From Vicinamibacterales bacterium (GTDB lineage: Bacteria > Acidobacteriota > Vicinamibacteria > Vicinamibacterales > UBA2999), in contig DATDOE010000090.1 of the NCBI GenBank assembly GCA_035293405.1, forward strand, positions 138,282 through 202,281: 64,000 nt of DNA, written 5' to 3'. The position numbers and the translations under genes were made by a program. Positions 48,617 to 57,053 of this stretch are shown here, piece after piece. Numbering within the stretch: position 1 is the stretch's first letter; each line of letters starts with the position of its first letter. Below the pieces are notes generated by a model. It had not been told where the DNA came from. It was given only the letters and a program-made list of their open reading frames with translations, and ran no database searches.

Positions 48617-48814
48617 ACATGTGCCTCGCGAAAGACTTGCCTGGACCACTCAGTTGAGGTTCGCGTGGGGAGCTCGCGCGCTCGCCCGCTTCGTAGTGGC
48701 GGCGCGGAAGGAATCGTTACACATGAAGAACGACAATGGACGAGAAACCGAACGTCGATGGTGAATCGTGGGCAAGCGCCCGTGGCGCGCCAACGGCCGA
48801 GCTTCAGGGAACCG

Positions 48815-49270
48815 TCAGATCCCGGTGATCTGGACGTTGGCCCCGTCGGGATCCTTCACGTGGAACCCGAACTCCAGGTTCTCGCGTGGAGTGAGGCCCA
48901 TCCCCAGCAGCTCCTTCGTCACCGCGTCCTTGTTGAAGTTCTCCACGCCAATCGCGAAGTGATCCACGAGGCCGGGAGGCGGCTCGACCCGAAGGGACAC
49001 GAGCACCTTGCCGCCGATGCCAAGCCGCGAAATCCTGTTGGGCTTGTCCTCGTTCACGACCGACAGTCCGAACACACGGTTGTAGAAATCAATCGAGCGT
49101 GGCATGTCCGTCACGAGCACCGAGACGTGGTTGATGCTGCCCGATTTCAGCGAGGCCGCCGAAGCGGTCGCGCCCGCGGCGGCGACCATCGCCAGCGCCT
49201 GGATCAACTCGCGGCGCGAGAGCCGCCCGCGCTCGAAGCGCGTCACGAGGTCGGAAATCATGTGTTCCAT
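48815..49270 (-). CDS. VOC (glyoxalase/bleomycin-resistance/dioxygenase) family protein with Tat-like signal
   Basis: SRRELIQALAMVAAAGATASA twin-Arg-like signal. INHVSVLVTD...FY..VFG VOC pattern. Confidence 0.8.
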   Translation of the reverse strand: MEHMISDLVTRFERGRLSRRELIQALAMVAAAGATASAASLKSGSINHVSVLVTDMPRSIDFYNRVFGLSVVNEDKPNRISRLGIGGKVLVSLRVEPPPGLVDHFAIGVENFNKDAVTKELLGMGLTPRENLEFGFHVKDPDGANVQITGI

Positions 49271-49384
49271 GGCGCGCAGTGTACGCCGTTTCGTGTTCGG
49301 TTCGCCCTCCGGGCTCGTTCATCGAGCACTACGACGTGATTCCGGCTTGACTCTCCCCCAACGTCAGACTGCAAGCTATGCACG

Positions 49385-50446
49385 GTGACGATCGACGCGA
49401 GCCCATCGTACCGGGTCCATGAGTTCGCCGAGCTGGCCGGCGTCACGGTCAAGACGCTGCATCACTACGATCGGCTGGGTCTGCTCAAGCCGGGGCGCAC
49501 CGCCGCCGGCTATCGGGTGTACACACCCGCGGACCTGCCACGTCTCGAGCAGATCGTCGCGCTCAAGGCGCTCGGGCTCTCGCTGAAGGACATCCGCGCC
49601 CTTCTCGACCGCGACGCGCTCCCCCTGCAGTCGACGTTCCGCCAGCAGCGTGAAGTCCTCGAAGAGAAGCGGCGGCTGCTCGACCGCGCCATCCAGACAC
49701 TGACCGAGGCGGAACAGGCGATCGCGTCGAGCCCGGCGTCGGCGACGCCGATCCTTCAGAAGGTAATCAGGGCCATGACCATGCAGGACATCGACGTCAT
49801 GCGGAAGTACTACAGTGACGAGGCGTGGATCCAGTGGAGGCGCTACTACGAAGAGTGGCCGTCGCCCGAGTGGCAGGCGCTGTATCGTGACCTCAACGCG
49901 GCGCTCGATCTCGACCCCGCGAGCGACGCCGCACAGCAACTCGCCGATCGATGGATGGCCCTCTTCAAACGCGACAGCCAGATGCCGGCCATCCGTACCG
50001 GTCTGATGAAGGCATGGGCCGATCGCGAGCATTGGCCACCCGCCCTGAGGCGCCGCATGGCCGAGTTCAACATCGAGCGCGCCACGGAGTTCGTCAACGA
50101 GACGTTGTGGGTCAGGTGGGACCGAGAGCGTGAGGCCCGTGCACACGCCGGCGCGCAGGGCATGCCCAGCGTCACTGAGTCGCGACGTGCCTTGTTCCGT
50201 GAGTGGGCGGCGGCCCTCGACGTCGATCCCGGCAGCCCGCAGGCGCAGACCCTCGCCGCTCGATGGCGTGCGCTCCTCGATGCCGAGACCCATGGTGACG
50301 AAGAGATCAAAGCCGAGGTCCTCGGCTTCTTCCGCCGGCGTCGTCAGTGGCCGGCAGGGATGAAGCGCTACGTCGCCTCGCTGTATGGGATGGACGCCCA
50401 GACATGGGAGCGCGTCACGGACCTCATCGAAAGAGCGGCATTGTGA
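49385..50446 (+). CDS. MerR family regulator with TipAS-like C-terminal repeats
   Basis: YRVHEFAELAGVTVKTLHHYDRLGLLKPGRTAAGYRVY HTH, followed by two similar Trp-rich segments. Confidence 0.85.
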   Translation: MTIDASPSYRVHEFAELAGVTVKTLHHYDRLGLLKPGRTAAGYRVYTPADLPRLEQIVALKALGLSLKDIRALLDRDALPLQSTFRQQREVLEEKRRLLDRAIQTLTEAEQAIASSPASATPILQKVIRAMTMQDIDVMRKYYSDEAWIQWRRYYEEWPSPEWQALYRDLNAALDLDPASDAAQQLADRWMALFKRDSQMPAIRTGLMKAWADREHWPPALRRRMAEFNIERATEFVNETLWVRWDREREARAHAGAQGMPSVTESRRALFREWAAALDVDPGSPQAQTLAARWRALLDAETHGDEEIKAEVLGFFRRRRQWPAGMKRYVASLYGMDAQTWERVTDLIERAAL

Positions 50447-50507
50447 GGTGGGTGTCGCAGGGCCCAAGAGAAAGTCCTCGGTGCCTCTGTGCCTCGGTGT
50501 GTCGTGA

Positions 50508-51716
50508 TCAGCGAGCCGGCGCTCGCGTGTATGCGGTCCGATGGAACACCACCGCACCCGCGCGCGTGGTCTTGACCTCGATCCGCCGAACGCGTTTGAG
50601 CGGGTCCTGATTGCTCGAGTAATACCCCAGCACGTAGTAATCGCTCGTCTCGTTGTCGATCCGCTTCAGTCCCGCCTCGAACCCGTTCGTGTTCACGATG
50701 GCGAAGCCGCCGGTCTCTTCGGAGAGAACCCGCAGGCTGTCCTGCGATTCGCGGAGGTGCGCGTTCCACTCGACCGTCTTGAGGTCCTGGTCGATATCCG
50801 GGCCCGCCGACAGGCCGCGAGGATCGATCGTGTAGATCGTCGCGTTGGCGCGGTTCGCCGCCCGCGTCAGCTCGGCCAGCTCCCGGACAAGATCCGCGGC
50901 ATTCAGCAGCTGACTGCTTTGCTGCGTGCGGAAGAACGGATCGTTCTGCAGGTCCGCGGCCTCGACGTGCATCCGGAGCGCCTGCTCCTCCACTCGCGAC
51001 TCCGCGAATGGATTGAAGTCGTAGCCGCTGCTGATATAGAGGACGGCCTTTCGCCGGTTCTGCACCTTCTCCAGATTGCGCATCAGGTCGTAGGCGGTCG
51101 AAAACGCCACGTGCGCGCGATGTCGCAGCTCCGTGGGGCCCTGAGATCCTTGCGCCCCCTGGATGACCTCTTTGGGCGTCAAGCCGCCGGCCGTGATGCG
51201 GGAAATCGCAGACTCGAGAACCTGCCGGTCGTAGGTGAGCTGTTCCGAGATCGATGAATACCCGGTCGAGACGATCCCGAACATGTCCCCGTCGTGAATC
51301 ACGGTCCGGAGGACTTGCCCCATCAACTGACGCACCTTCGGCGTCAGGGTGGGATCGAGATGGAAATCGTCAATCACAATCAGAAAGATGCGGCCGGCCG
51401 CGTCGCTCGTCGGCCGGTTGCGGGGAACGATGACGCCTTCCTGCACCGGCGAGGGCAGGCTCTGCACGTTGAACTGGCGTCCGCCGTGAATCAACAGGAT
51501 GGAGGCGATGTTCTGTTTCACTCCGTCCTCGAAGACCTCGATCTCACCCGGCTTCAGATCCGCCACAAACTGGTTCCGCTGATCGCGAACGATGACGTCG
51601 GTGGTCACCAGGTCGACGCCGACTATGAAGTCTGGCTTTTTCTGCTGCGCCGCCGGAGTTGGGGCCTCCAAGGTGACGAGCACGGCGAACAGGAGGAGCG
51701 TGACCGCATAGCGCAT
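50508..51716 (-). CDS. VWFA-related (von Willebrand A) secreted protein, acidobacterial type
   Basis: It has a signal peptide. VDLVTTDVIVRDQRNQFVADLKPGEIEVFEDGVKQ N-terminal module, followed by a VWA fold. Confidence 0.8.
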   Translation of the reverse strand: MRYAVTLLLFAVLVTLEAPTPAAQQKKPDFIVGVDLVTTDVIVRDQRNQFVADLKPGEIEVFEDGVKQNIASILLIHGGRQFNVQSLPSPVQEGVIVPRNRPTSDAAGRIFLIVIDDFHLDPTLTPKVRQLMGQVLRTVIHDGDMFGIVSTGYSSISEQLTYDRQVLESAISRITAGGLTPKEVIQGAQGSQGPTELRHRAHVAFSTAYDLMRNLEKVQNRRKAVLYISSGYDFNPFAESRVEEQALRMHVEAADLQNDPFFRTQQSSQLLNAADLVRELAELTRAANRANATIYTIDPRGLSAGPDIDQDLKTVEWNAHLRESQDSLRVLSEETGGFAIVNTNGFEAGLKRIDNETSDYYVLGYYSSNQDPLKRVRRIEVKTTRAGAVVFHRTAYTRAPAR

Positions 51717-51724
51717 GCCTCAGT

Positions 51725-52465
51725 ATGAATCAGCTCTTCACGGCTGCGTCCGCCGCACAGTATTCTTACCGGATGGCTGAAACCGTCGAATTCCGCAGCA
51801 ATGGCAGCATGGCCTCGGGGTATCTCGCCCGACCCGCGGCCGGTTCGGGCCCGGGCGTGCTGGTGATCCAGGAGTGGTGGGGCCTCGATTCGGGGATCAA
51901 GACGATGGCGGATCGTCTCGCCGGCGACGGGTTCGTCGCCCTCGCGCCCGATCTCTATCACGGCGAACTGGCCGCGCACGACGAGATGGACAAGGCCTCG
52001 CACCTGATGCAGAGTCTGCCACCCGATCGCGCCGGCCGCGACATGAGCGGAGCGGTTGACTTCCTGGCCTCACACCCCGCCGTCACCGGCAACGGGATCG
52101 GCGTCGTCGGCTTCTGCATGGGAGGCATGCTCGCCTTTCTCATTGCCGCCAATCGTCCCGACAAGGTCAAGGCGCTCGTGCCCTTCTACGGATTCCCGCA
52201 GGGCGCGGCCGAACCGGACTGGTCGAAGCTCACGGCCTCGATCAGCGGGCACATGGCAGAGCACGATGATTTCTTTCCTCCGGCCGCAGCGCGTGCGCTT
52301 GAAGCCAGGCTGCGCGGCATGGGGAAGAACGTCACACTGAACGTTCATCCCGGCACCGGCCACGCCTTCATGGGCCCGCACAACGCACTGGGCACCCTCA
52401 ACGCGACGCTCGCGGCACAGATCTGGCCGGAGGCGATTGGCTTTCTGAAGAGCACCTTGAAATAG
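51725..52465 (+). CDS. Dienelactone hydrolase family protein
   Basis: GVLVIQEWWGL...VGFCMGG nucleophile elbow...GHAF. The start could be 51773 (MAETVEF). Confidence 0.85.
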   Translation: MNQLFTAASAAQYSYRMAETVEFRSNGSMASGYLARPAAGSGPGVLVIQEWWGLDSGIKTMADRLAGDGFVALAPDLYHGELAAHDEMDKASHLMQSLPPDRAGRDMSGAVDFLASHPAVTGNGIGVVGFCMGGMLAFLIAANRPDKVKALVPFYGFPQGAAEPDWSKLTASISGHMAEHDDFFPPAAARALEARLRGMGKNVTLNVHPGTGHAFMGPHNALGTLNATLAAQIWPEAIGFLKSTLK

Positions 52466-52466
52466 C

Positions 52467-52494
52467 GGTTCGTGGTTCTTGGTTCTTGGTTCCT
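52467..52494. repeat. Heptamer array GGTTCGT GGTTCTT GGTTCTT GGTTCCT
   Basis: Read directly from the sequence, immediately after the dienelactone hydrolase stop codon. Confidence 0.8.
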
Positions 52495-52520
52495 GGGCAG
52501 TTTGCGGATCCTTCTAGTAA

Positions 52521-53501
52521 ATGGCTGAACACGACTCTCAGAAGCCAGACATCACTCTTTCAGCGCGCGACGTTTTCACGATCGACACGGACCTGCAAGT
52601 GCCGGCGTTCTCGGCCGCGGACGAGCACGTGCCCGCTTGTGATCCGGACTACGTGTTCGACCGCGCCACGACGCTCGCCCTGCTCGCGGGATTCGTGCAC
52701 AACCGCCGCGTGATGGTGCAGGGCCGCCATGGCACGGGCAAGTCCAGCCACGTCGAGCAGGTGGCGTCACGACTGAACTGGCCCTGCGTCCGCGTGAATC
52801 TCGACGGTCACGTCAGCCGCATGGACCTGATCGGCAAAGACGCGATCGTGATCAGGGACGGCAAGCAGGTCACGGAGTTTCAGCCCGGCATGCTCACGTG
52901 GGCGCTGCAGCGGCCGTGCGCGCTGGTCTTCGACGAGTACGACGCCGGCCGTGCCGACGTGATGTTCGTGATTCAGCGCGTGCTCGAAGTGGAAGGGCGT
53001 CTGACGCTCCTCGACCAGAGCCGCGTCATCGAGCCGCACCCGTCGTTTCGTCTGTTCGCCACCTCCAATACGGTCGGCCTTGGCGATGCGACCGGCCTCT
53101 ATCACGGGACACAGCCGCTCAATCAGGGCCAGATGGACCGCTGGAACATCGTCGTCACGCTGAACTACCTGGCGCACGATCGTGAAGTCGAGGTCGTGCT
53201 GGCGCGATGCCCGGAATATCGGAATGCCGAGGGACGGGCCAAGGCCAGCGCCATGATCGCGCTGGCGAACCTGACACGCCGCGGGTTCGCCGACGGAGAC
53301 CTGTCGACGGTCATGTCCCCTCGAACCGTGGTGACGTGGGCACAGAACACGACGCTCTTCCACGATCCCGGGCTGGCATTCAAGCTGACATTCCTCAACC
53401 GGTGCGACGAAGACGAACGCGCCCTCGTCGCCGAGTACTACCAGCGCTGTATGGGCGGCGATCTCGCGGACGAAGATCGGCCTGCGCCGGGAAAGCGGTG
53501 A
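52521..53501 (+). CDS. cobS: CobS-like AAA+ (MoxR-class) ATPase
   Basis: GRHGTGKSSHVEQVASRLNWPCVRVNLDGHVSRMDLIGKDAIV...VFDEYDAGRADVMFVIQRVLE...FRLFATSNTVGLGD closely follows the CobS pattern. Confidence 0.85.
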   Translation: MAEHDSQKPDITLSARDVFTIDTDLQVPAFSAADEHVPACDPDYVFDRATTLALLAGFVHNRRVMVQGRHGTGKSSHVEQVASRLNWPCVRVNLDGHVSRMDLIGKDAIVIRDGKQVTEFQPGMLTWALQRPCALVFDEYDAGRADVMFVIQRVLEVEGRLTLLDQSRVIEPHPSFRLFATSNTVGLGDATGLYHGTQPLNQGQMDRWNIVVTLNYLAHDREVEVVLARCPEYRNAEGRAKASAMIALANLTRRGFADGDLSTVMSPRTVVTWAQNTTLFHDPGLAFKLTFLNRCDEDERALVAEYYQRCMGGDLADEDRPAPGKR

Positions 53502-55126
53502 TCGACGAACGTGGAACCGGGCCCGTCCGCGCCATCGGGGCCTGCACTCGCGCGCTCGCGGGATCGAGCGGCGTGGACGCCGCGATGGCCGGAGCGAATG
53601 CTCCAACACTGAGCGGGCTGCGGGCGATCGGGGATCGGCTCGCGGTGCGCACGCGCTTCCATGACGCGACGGCGTACCGCGATCACCTTCCGCCCGAGAT
53701 GCCCGCGTCGGGTCTCTTCAGCGCGCTTGAACTCGCCCGTCTCGACGTGCTCGGCGTGGGCTGGCTGCCCGGCATCGCCCGCAATCTGATGGCGCATCCG
53801 GGCGCCGAGAACGATGGCGTCCGCTGGCTCGCCTTCGAGTTGATGGGCGGCCGCGCCGCGCCAGGTGAGAAGGCCGTCATGGCCGGCGCGGTGAAGAGCG
53901 CGCTGCCCTCGCATCTAGTAGACGGTCTTACTGGGCTCGCCACACACCTGAACGATCCCGCGACGTTTGCGGCCACAGCCGCCACATGGGCGCGCGCTGC
54001 GGGCGCGCGGCTTCCGAAGGCCCTGATCGCGCCTGCCGAGGCAGGGCGCATCCCGCTGCCGGCACGCGAGGTGCGGCGTCAGCTTCCGAGGCGCGGCGAC
54101 CCGGGTGCGACGTCGGCTCCCCTGCGCGAGGACCAGCGCGCCGATCCGAGTCAGGATTCAGAGGGCACCGCAACAGGGAACACGGGAGCCTCAGGTCAAG
54201 GCCACGACGGATATCGTGTCTACACCACTGCGCACGACCGGGTCGTGAACGCCGCCGCACTCGCCAGCCGGGAGGAGCTCGCCACCCTGCGCACCCAGCT
54301 CGAGGCGGAATTCGGCTCGATCCGCTCGGTAGTGGCCCGGCTGGCCAAGCGATTGATGCGCGTACTGATGGCGCGGCAAGTACGTGAATGGCGCTTCGAT
54401 CTCGACGAGGGCGTCCTGGACGGCTCGCGTCTGGCCACGCTGGTCGCCAGCGGAGGCCGAGCCCGTCCCTTCAAACAAGAGAGCGATTCACCATTCCCGG
54501 GAACAGTGGTCACCCTGCTCATCGACCACTCAGGCTCGATGCGCGGCCGGCCGATGCTCATCGCCGCCCTCACGGTGGAGATCTTCGCCCGCGTGCTCGA
54601 GCGATGCGGCGTGCGCTGCGAGGTGCTGGGGTTCACCACGCGCGACTGGAACGGCGGCGAGCCCGCGCGCGAGTGGGCGGCGCACGGCTATCCCGAGAGC
54701 CCGGGGCGGCTCAACGCGCTCCAGCACATCATCGTCAAGAGCGCCGACGTCCCGTGGCGGCGGGCCCGGGTTGCTCTCGGCCTCTTCCTCCATGACGAGA
54801 TGCTGAAAGAGAACATCGACGGCGAAGCGCTGGCCTGGGCTCACAAGCGTCTGCTTGCGCGCAGCGAGCCCCGCCGCATTCTCGTGGTCGTCTCCGACGG
54901 CACGCCGATGGATGAAGCCACGCTGGCGGCCAACGGCCACGAATACCTGGAACGCCATCTGCAGGCCGTGGTCGAGGGCATCGAGAAGACCTCGCGCGTT
55001 CAACTCGCGGCGATCGGCATTGGCCACAACGTCTCGGCCTTCTACACCAACGCCACGACGGTCGCGAAGATCGAGCAGCTCGGCCCCGCCCTCAGCGCCA
55101 AGCTGACGGCGCTGCTCGGCTCATAA
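53498..55126 (+). CDS. cobT: CobT-like VWA-domain protein
   Basis: GTG start overlaps the cobS stop (GTGA). The C-terminal VWA has LLIDHSGSMRG (DxSxS MIDAS). In frame with ORF 53207..55126. Confidence 0.8.
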   Translation: MIDERGTGPVRAIGACTRALAGSSGVDAAMAGANAPTLSGLRAIGDRLAVRTRFHDATAYRDHLPPEMPASGLFSALELARLDVLGVGWLPGIARNLMAHPGAENDGVRWLAFELMGGRAAPGEKAVMAGAVKSALPSHLVDGLTGLATHLNDPATFAATAATWARAAGARLPKALIAPAEAGRIPLPAREVRRQLPRRGDPGATSAPLREDQRADPSQDSEGTATGNTGASGQGHDGYRVYTTAHDRVVNAAALASREELATLRTQLEAEFGSIRSVVARLAKRLMRVLMARQVREWRFDLDEGVLDGSRLATLVASGGRARPFKQESDSPFPGTVVTLLIDHSGSMRGRPMLIAALTVEIFARVLERCGVRCEVLGFTTRDWNGGEPAREWAAHGYPESPGRLNALQHIIVKSADVPWRRARVALGLFLHDEMLKENIDGEALAWAHKRLLARSEPRRILVVVSDGTPMDEATLAANGHEYLERHLQAVVEGIEKTSRVQLAAIGIGHNVSAFYTNATTVAKIEQLGPALSAKLTALLGS

Positions 55127-55209
55127 CGGCTGGTTTGACACTGGGACGTTCGTCCTGCGATAGTCGGAGCCCATAGACTCGCAACTCCAACTATCAAGGT
55201 CCGGTATCT

Positions 55210-55320
55210 GTGTTTGAAACGATTGCCGCACTCAGTACCATCGCCTTCATCGTCGTCTTCATCGTGCTCTTCCAGATGAATCGCGCCAGCCGGAACGAGG
55301 GCGAAGACTCGCCGACCTGA
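55210..55320 (+). CDS. Possible 36-aa single-TM peptide
   Basis: My own translation from the GTG start: MFETIAALSTIAFIVVFIVLFQMNRASRNEGEDSPT. It falls below the ORF-track size cut-off and has a weak RBS. Confidence 0.25.
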   Translation: MFETIAALSTIAFIVVFIVLFQMNRASRNEGEDSPT

Positions 55321-55363
55321 CGCGCGCTACTCGGCGGCCTCGACGGTGCCCTTCCGCCGGACC

Positions 55364-56335
55364 TTACCCGACCTGGCGCGACTGGCGGAACCGGGACATG
55401 GCCTCGTAGATCTCGCGACGCGCCCGGTTCATGTTCCCGAGCGGACGATGCTCCGCGAGGCAGTGCCAGGGATTGAAGGCCATGCGCTCGCAGGCGCGGT
55501 CGCGGCCCGGCACGTCGATATCCTGTCGCGGGATGCGCAGACGGGCGACGCGCACGTACGGCGACTCGCGCTCTTTCCACTCCACGCTCGCATCCTCGAT
55601 CGGCATCCTCGTGGCATCGATCTGAAACTGGACGAAGAAGTCGAAGCTCGCCTCGTCGGTGGACAGACGCTGGCGGAGCGCGTCGTGGAGGTAGGTATCG
55701 GTCACGTTCGGCTTCCGTGCGTGCACGCGAGGGGTGGGCCGGACGATGTACTTGACGGCCCGGCCGGTCCCGAACTGATAGGGCGTCGTGCTCCAGTACG
55801 GAATGTCCAGGTGACTCGAGGGATGCTCCCGCGAGGCAAACGCGATGCGCGCGGCCTTCGGATGCGACAGGAAGTACCGGGCCTTCCCCATCGTTCCCCC
55901 TTCGACCGCCCGCAGCAGCTCCAGGAACTCCCGGGTTCCAGGGACCATCATCACGGGATGGCTGTTGAGGATGAAGTCCTGCGAGGTTTCTCCGGGTGTG
56001 AGATTCTCGCCCGGCACGCGGAGCAGCTTGATCGACATCCCGCGGACGTCTTTCGCGCGGTCTGAGGCCGACGCTGCACTGGCGAACCGAATCCAGGCTG
56101 GATAGCTCCTCGGCTCGCTGAACGCGCCGATCCTGAGGTTGCTGTCGAGGCCGTTGACGACCAGGAGCTCGCCTTCCACACAGCCCGAGTGCCTCGCCTG
56201 ATTGAACCGGCGCAGGGGGCCCGTGGGATATCGGCTGGTGCTGGCCGACTGCAGGAAGGCGATAAACTCGGCGGTGACGGCGCGCTCGTCCGGCGCGATG
56301 GTCTCGCCCGCGAGGTCTTGTCTCGGCCTGGCCAT
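55364..56335 (-). CDS. Catalase-related haem protein (small, approximately 323 aa)
   Basis: ARHSGCVEGELLV distal context. FNPWHCLAEHRPLGNMNRARREIYEAMSRFR proximal Arg/Tyr context. It is a paralogue of 44402..45658. Confidence 0.75.
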   Translation of the reverse strand: MARPRQDLAGETIAPDERAVTAEFIAFLQSASTSRYPTGPLRRFNQARHSGCVEGELLVVNGLDSNLRIGAFSEPRSYPAWIRFASAASASDRAKDVRGMSIKLLRVPGENLTPGETSQDFILNSHPVMMVPGTREFLELLRAVEGGTMGKARYFLSHPKAARIAFASREHPSSHLDIPYWSTTPYQFGTGRAVKYIVRPTPRVHARKPNVTDTYLHDALRQRLSTDEASFDFFVQFQIDATRMPIEDASVEWKERESPYVRVARLRIPRQDIDVPGRDRACERMAFNPWHCLAEHRPLGNMNRARREIYEAMSRFRQSRQVG

Positions 56336-56377
56336 CGTTCAGCGTCCTCTCTGGCGCTTCGCGCGCATCATATACCG

Positions 56378-56569
56378 ATGGACCCTCTCTTCCTGGTGAC
56401 GTGCCCCTACTGCGGCGAAGAAATCGAGATCTACCTGGAGCCCGAGATTCGAGGCTCGCTCGTCCAGGACTGCGAGGTGTGCTGCAACCCCTGGAATCTC
56501 AGCGTGTCGGCGGCTGACGAGGACGGCGAGCGGTACGTGGACGTCACGCGCGGCGACGGATCGGAATGA
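56378..56569 (+). CDS. CPXCG-motif zinc-ribbon small protein
   Basis: MDPLFLVTCPYCGEEIEIYLE...DCEVCCNPW. In frame with ORF 56189..56569. Confidence 0.7.
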   Translation: MDPLFLVTCPYCGEEIEIYLEPEIRGSLVQDCEVCCNPWNLSVSAADEDGERYVDVTRGDGSE

Positions 56570-56633
56570 GGAGTGCCGGTTCGTCGTCTGGCCAGCGTTG
56601 GTTTTTCGTCACCTCGTGGCCAGCCCGTTGAGC

Positions 56634-56665
56634 GCGGGAAGCCTGCGAGTACGCAGGCTTCCCGC
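56634..56665. other. Perfect 14-bp stem / 4-nt loop hairpin
   Basis: GCGGGAAGCCTGCG-AGTA-CGCAGGCTTCCCGC. No U-tract follows on either strand. Confidence 0.5.
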
Positions 56666-57008
56666 GAAAAATCATCGGCGGAGTGAGCCGCGGTCCGCTG
56701 CGAGGTCGTCGCAACGGTGGCACGCCGATTGGATGCATCACTGACGGCACATCATGAACGTCCGAGTTGAGACCCTCGACCGCCTCGATCCGCTGGTCGG
56801 CTCTTCCAGTCGGCTCTTTCCCGCCCTTCGCACCATAACCGCAGCCGCGACCGTGATGTTCACGTCGCTGTGGCATCGCCAATCGTCGATGGTGATGAGC
56901 GAAGAGTGGATGAAAGAGCACCGCTGGACGTCCCGCATCCACTAGATCTCTGGGCCCGGCCAGACCCGGTTTCCGAGTAAGACTGGCCACGCCGTGACTC
57001 CCGGGTAA

Positions 57009-57053
57009 GATCGTTCGGATCGTTCGGGTCGTTCGGATCGTTCCGGTCGTTCA
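57009..57053. repeat. Nonamer array (GATCGTTCG-type x5) at the 3' end of the TMEM175-like gene
   Basis: GATCGTTCG GATCGTTCG GGTCGTTCG GATCGTTCC GGTCGTTCA. It is inverted relative to 57603..57665. Confidence 0.9.

Noticed and set aside
56754-56945. 63-aa + ORF and the overlapping 66-aa minus ORF as genes
   Set aside because: Both frames have similar GC3 bias, neither has an RBS or a recognisable motif, and I cannot discriminate between them. They are mentioned only within the non-coding-region finding.
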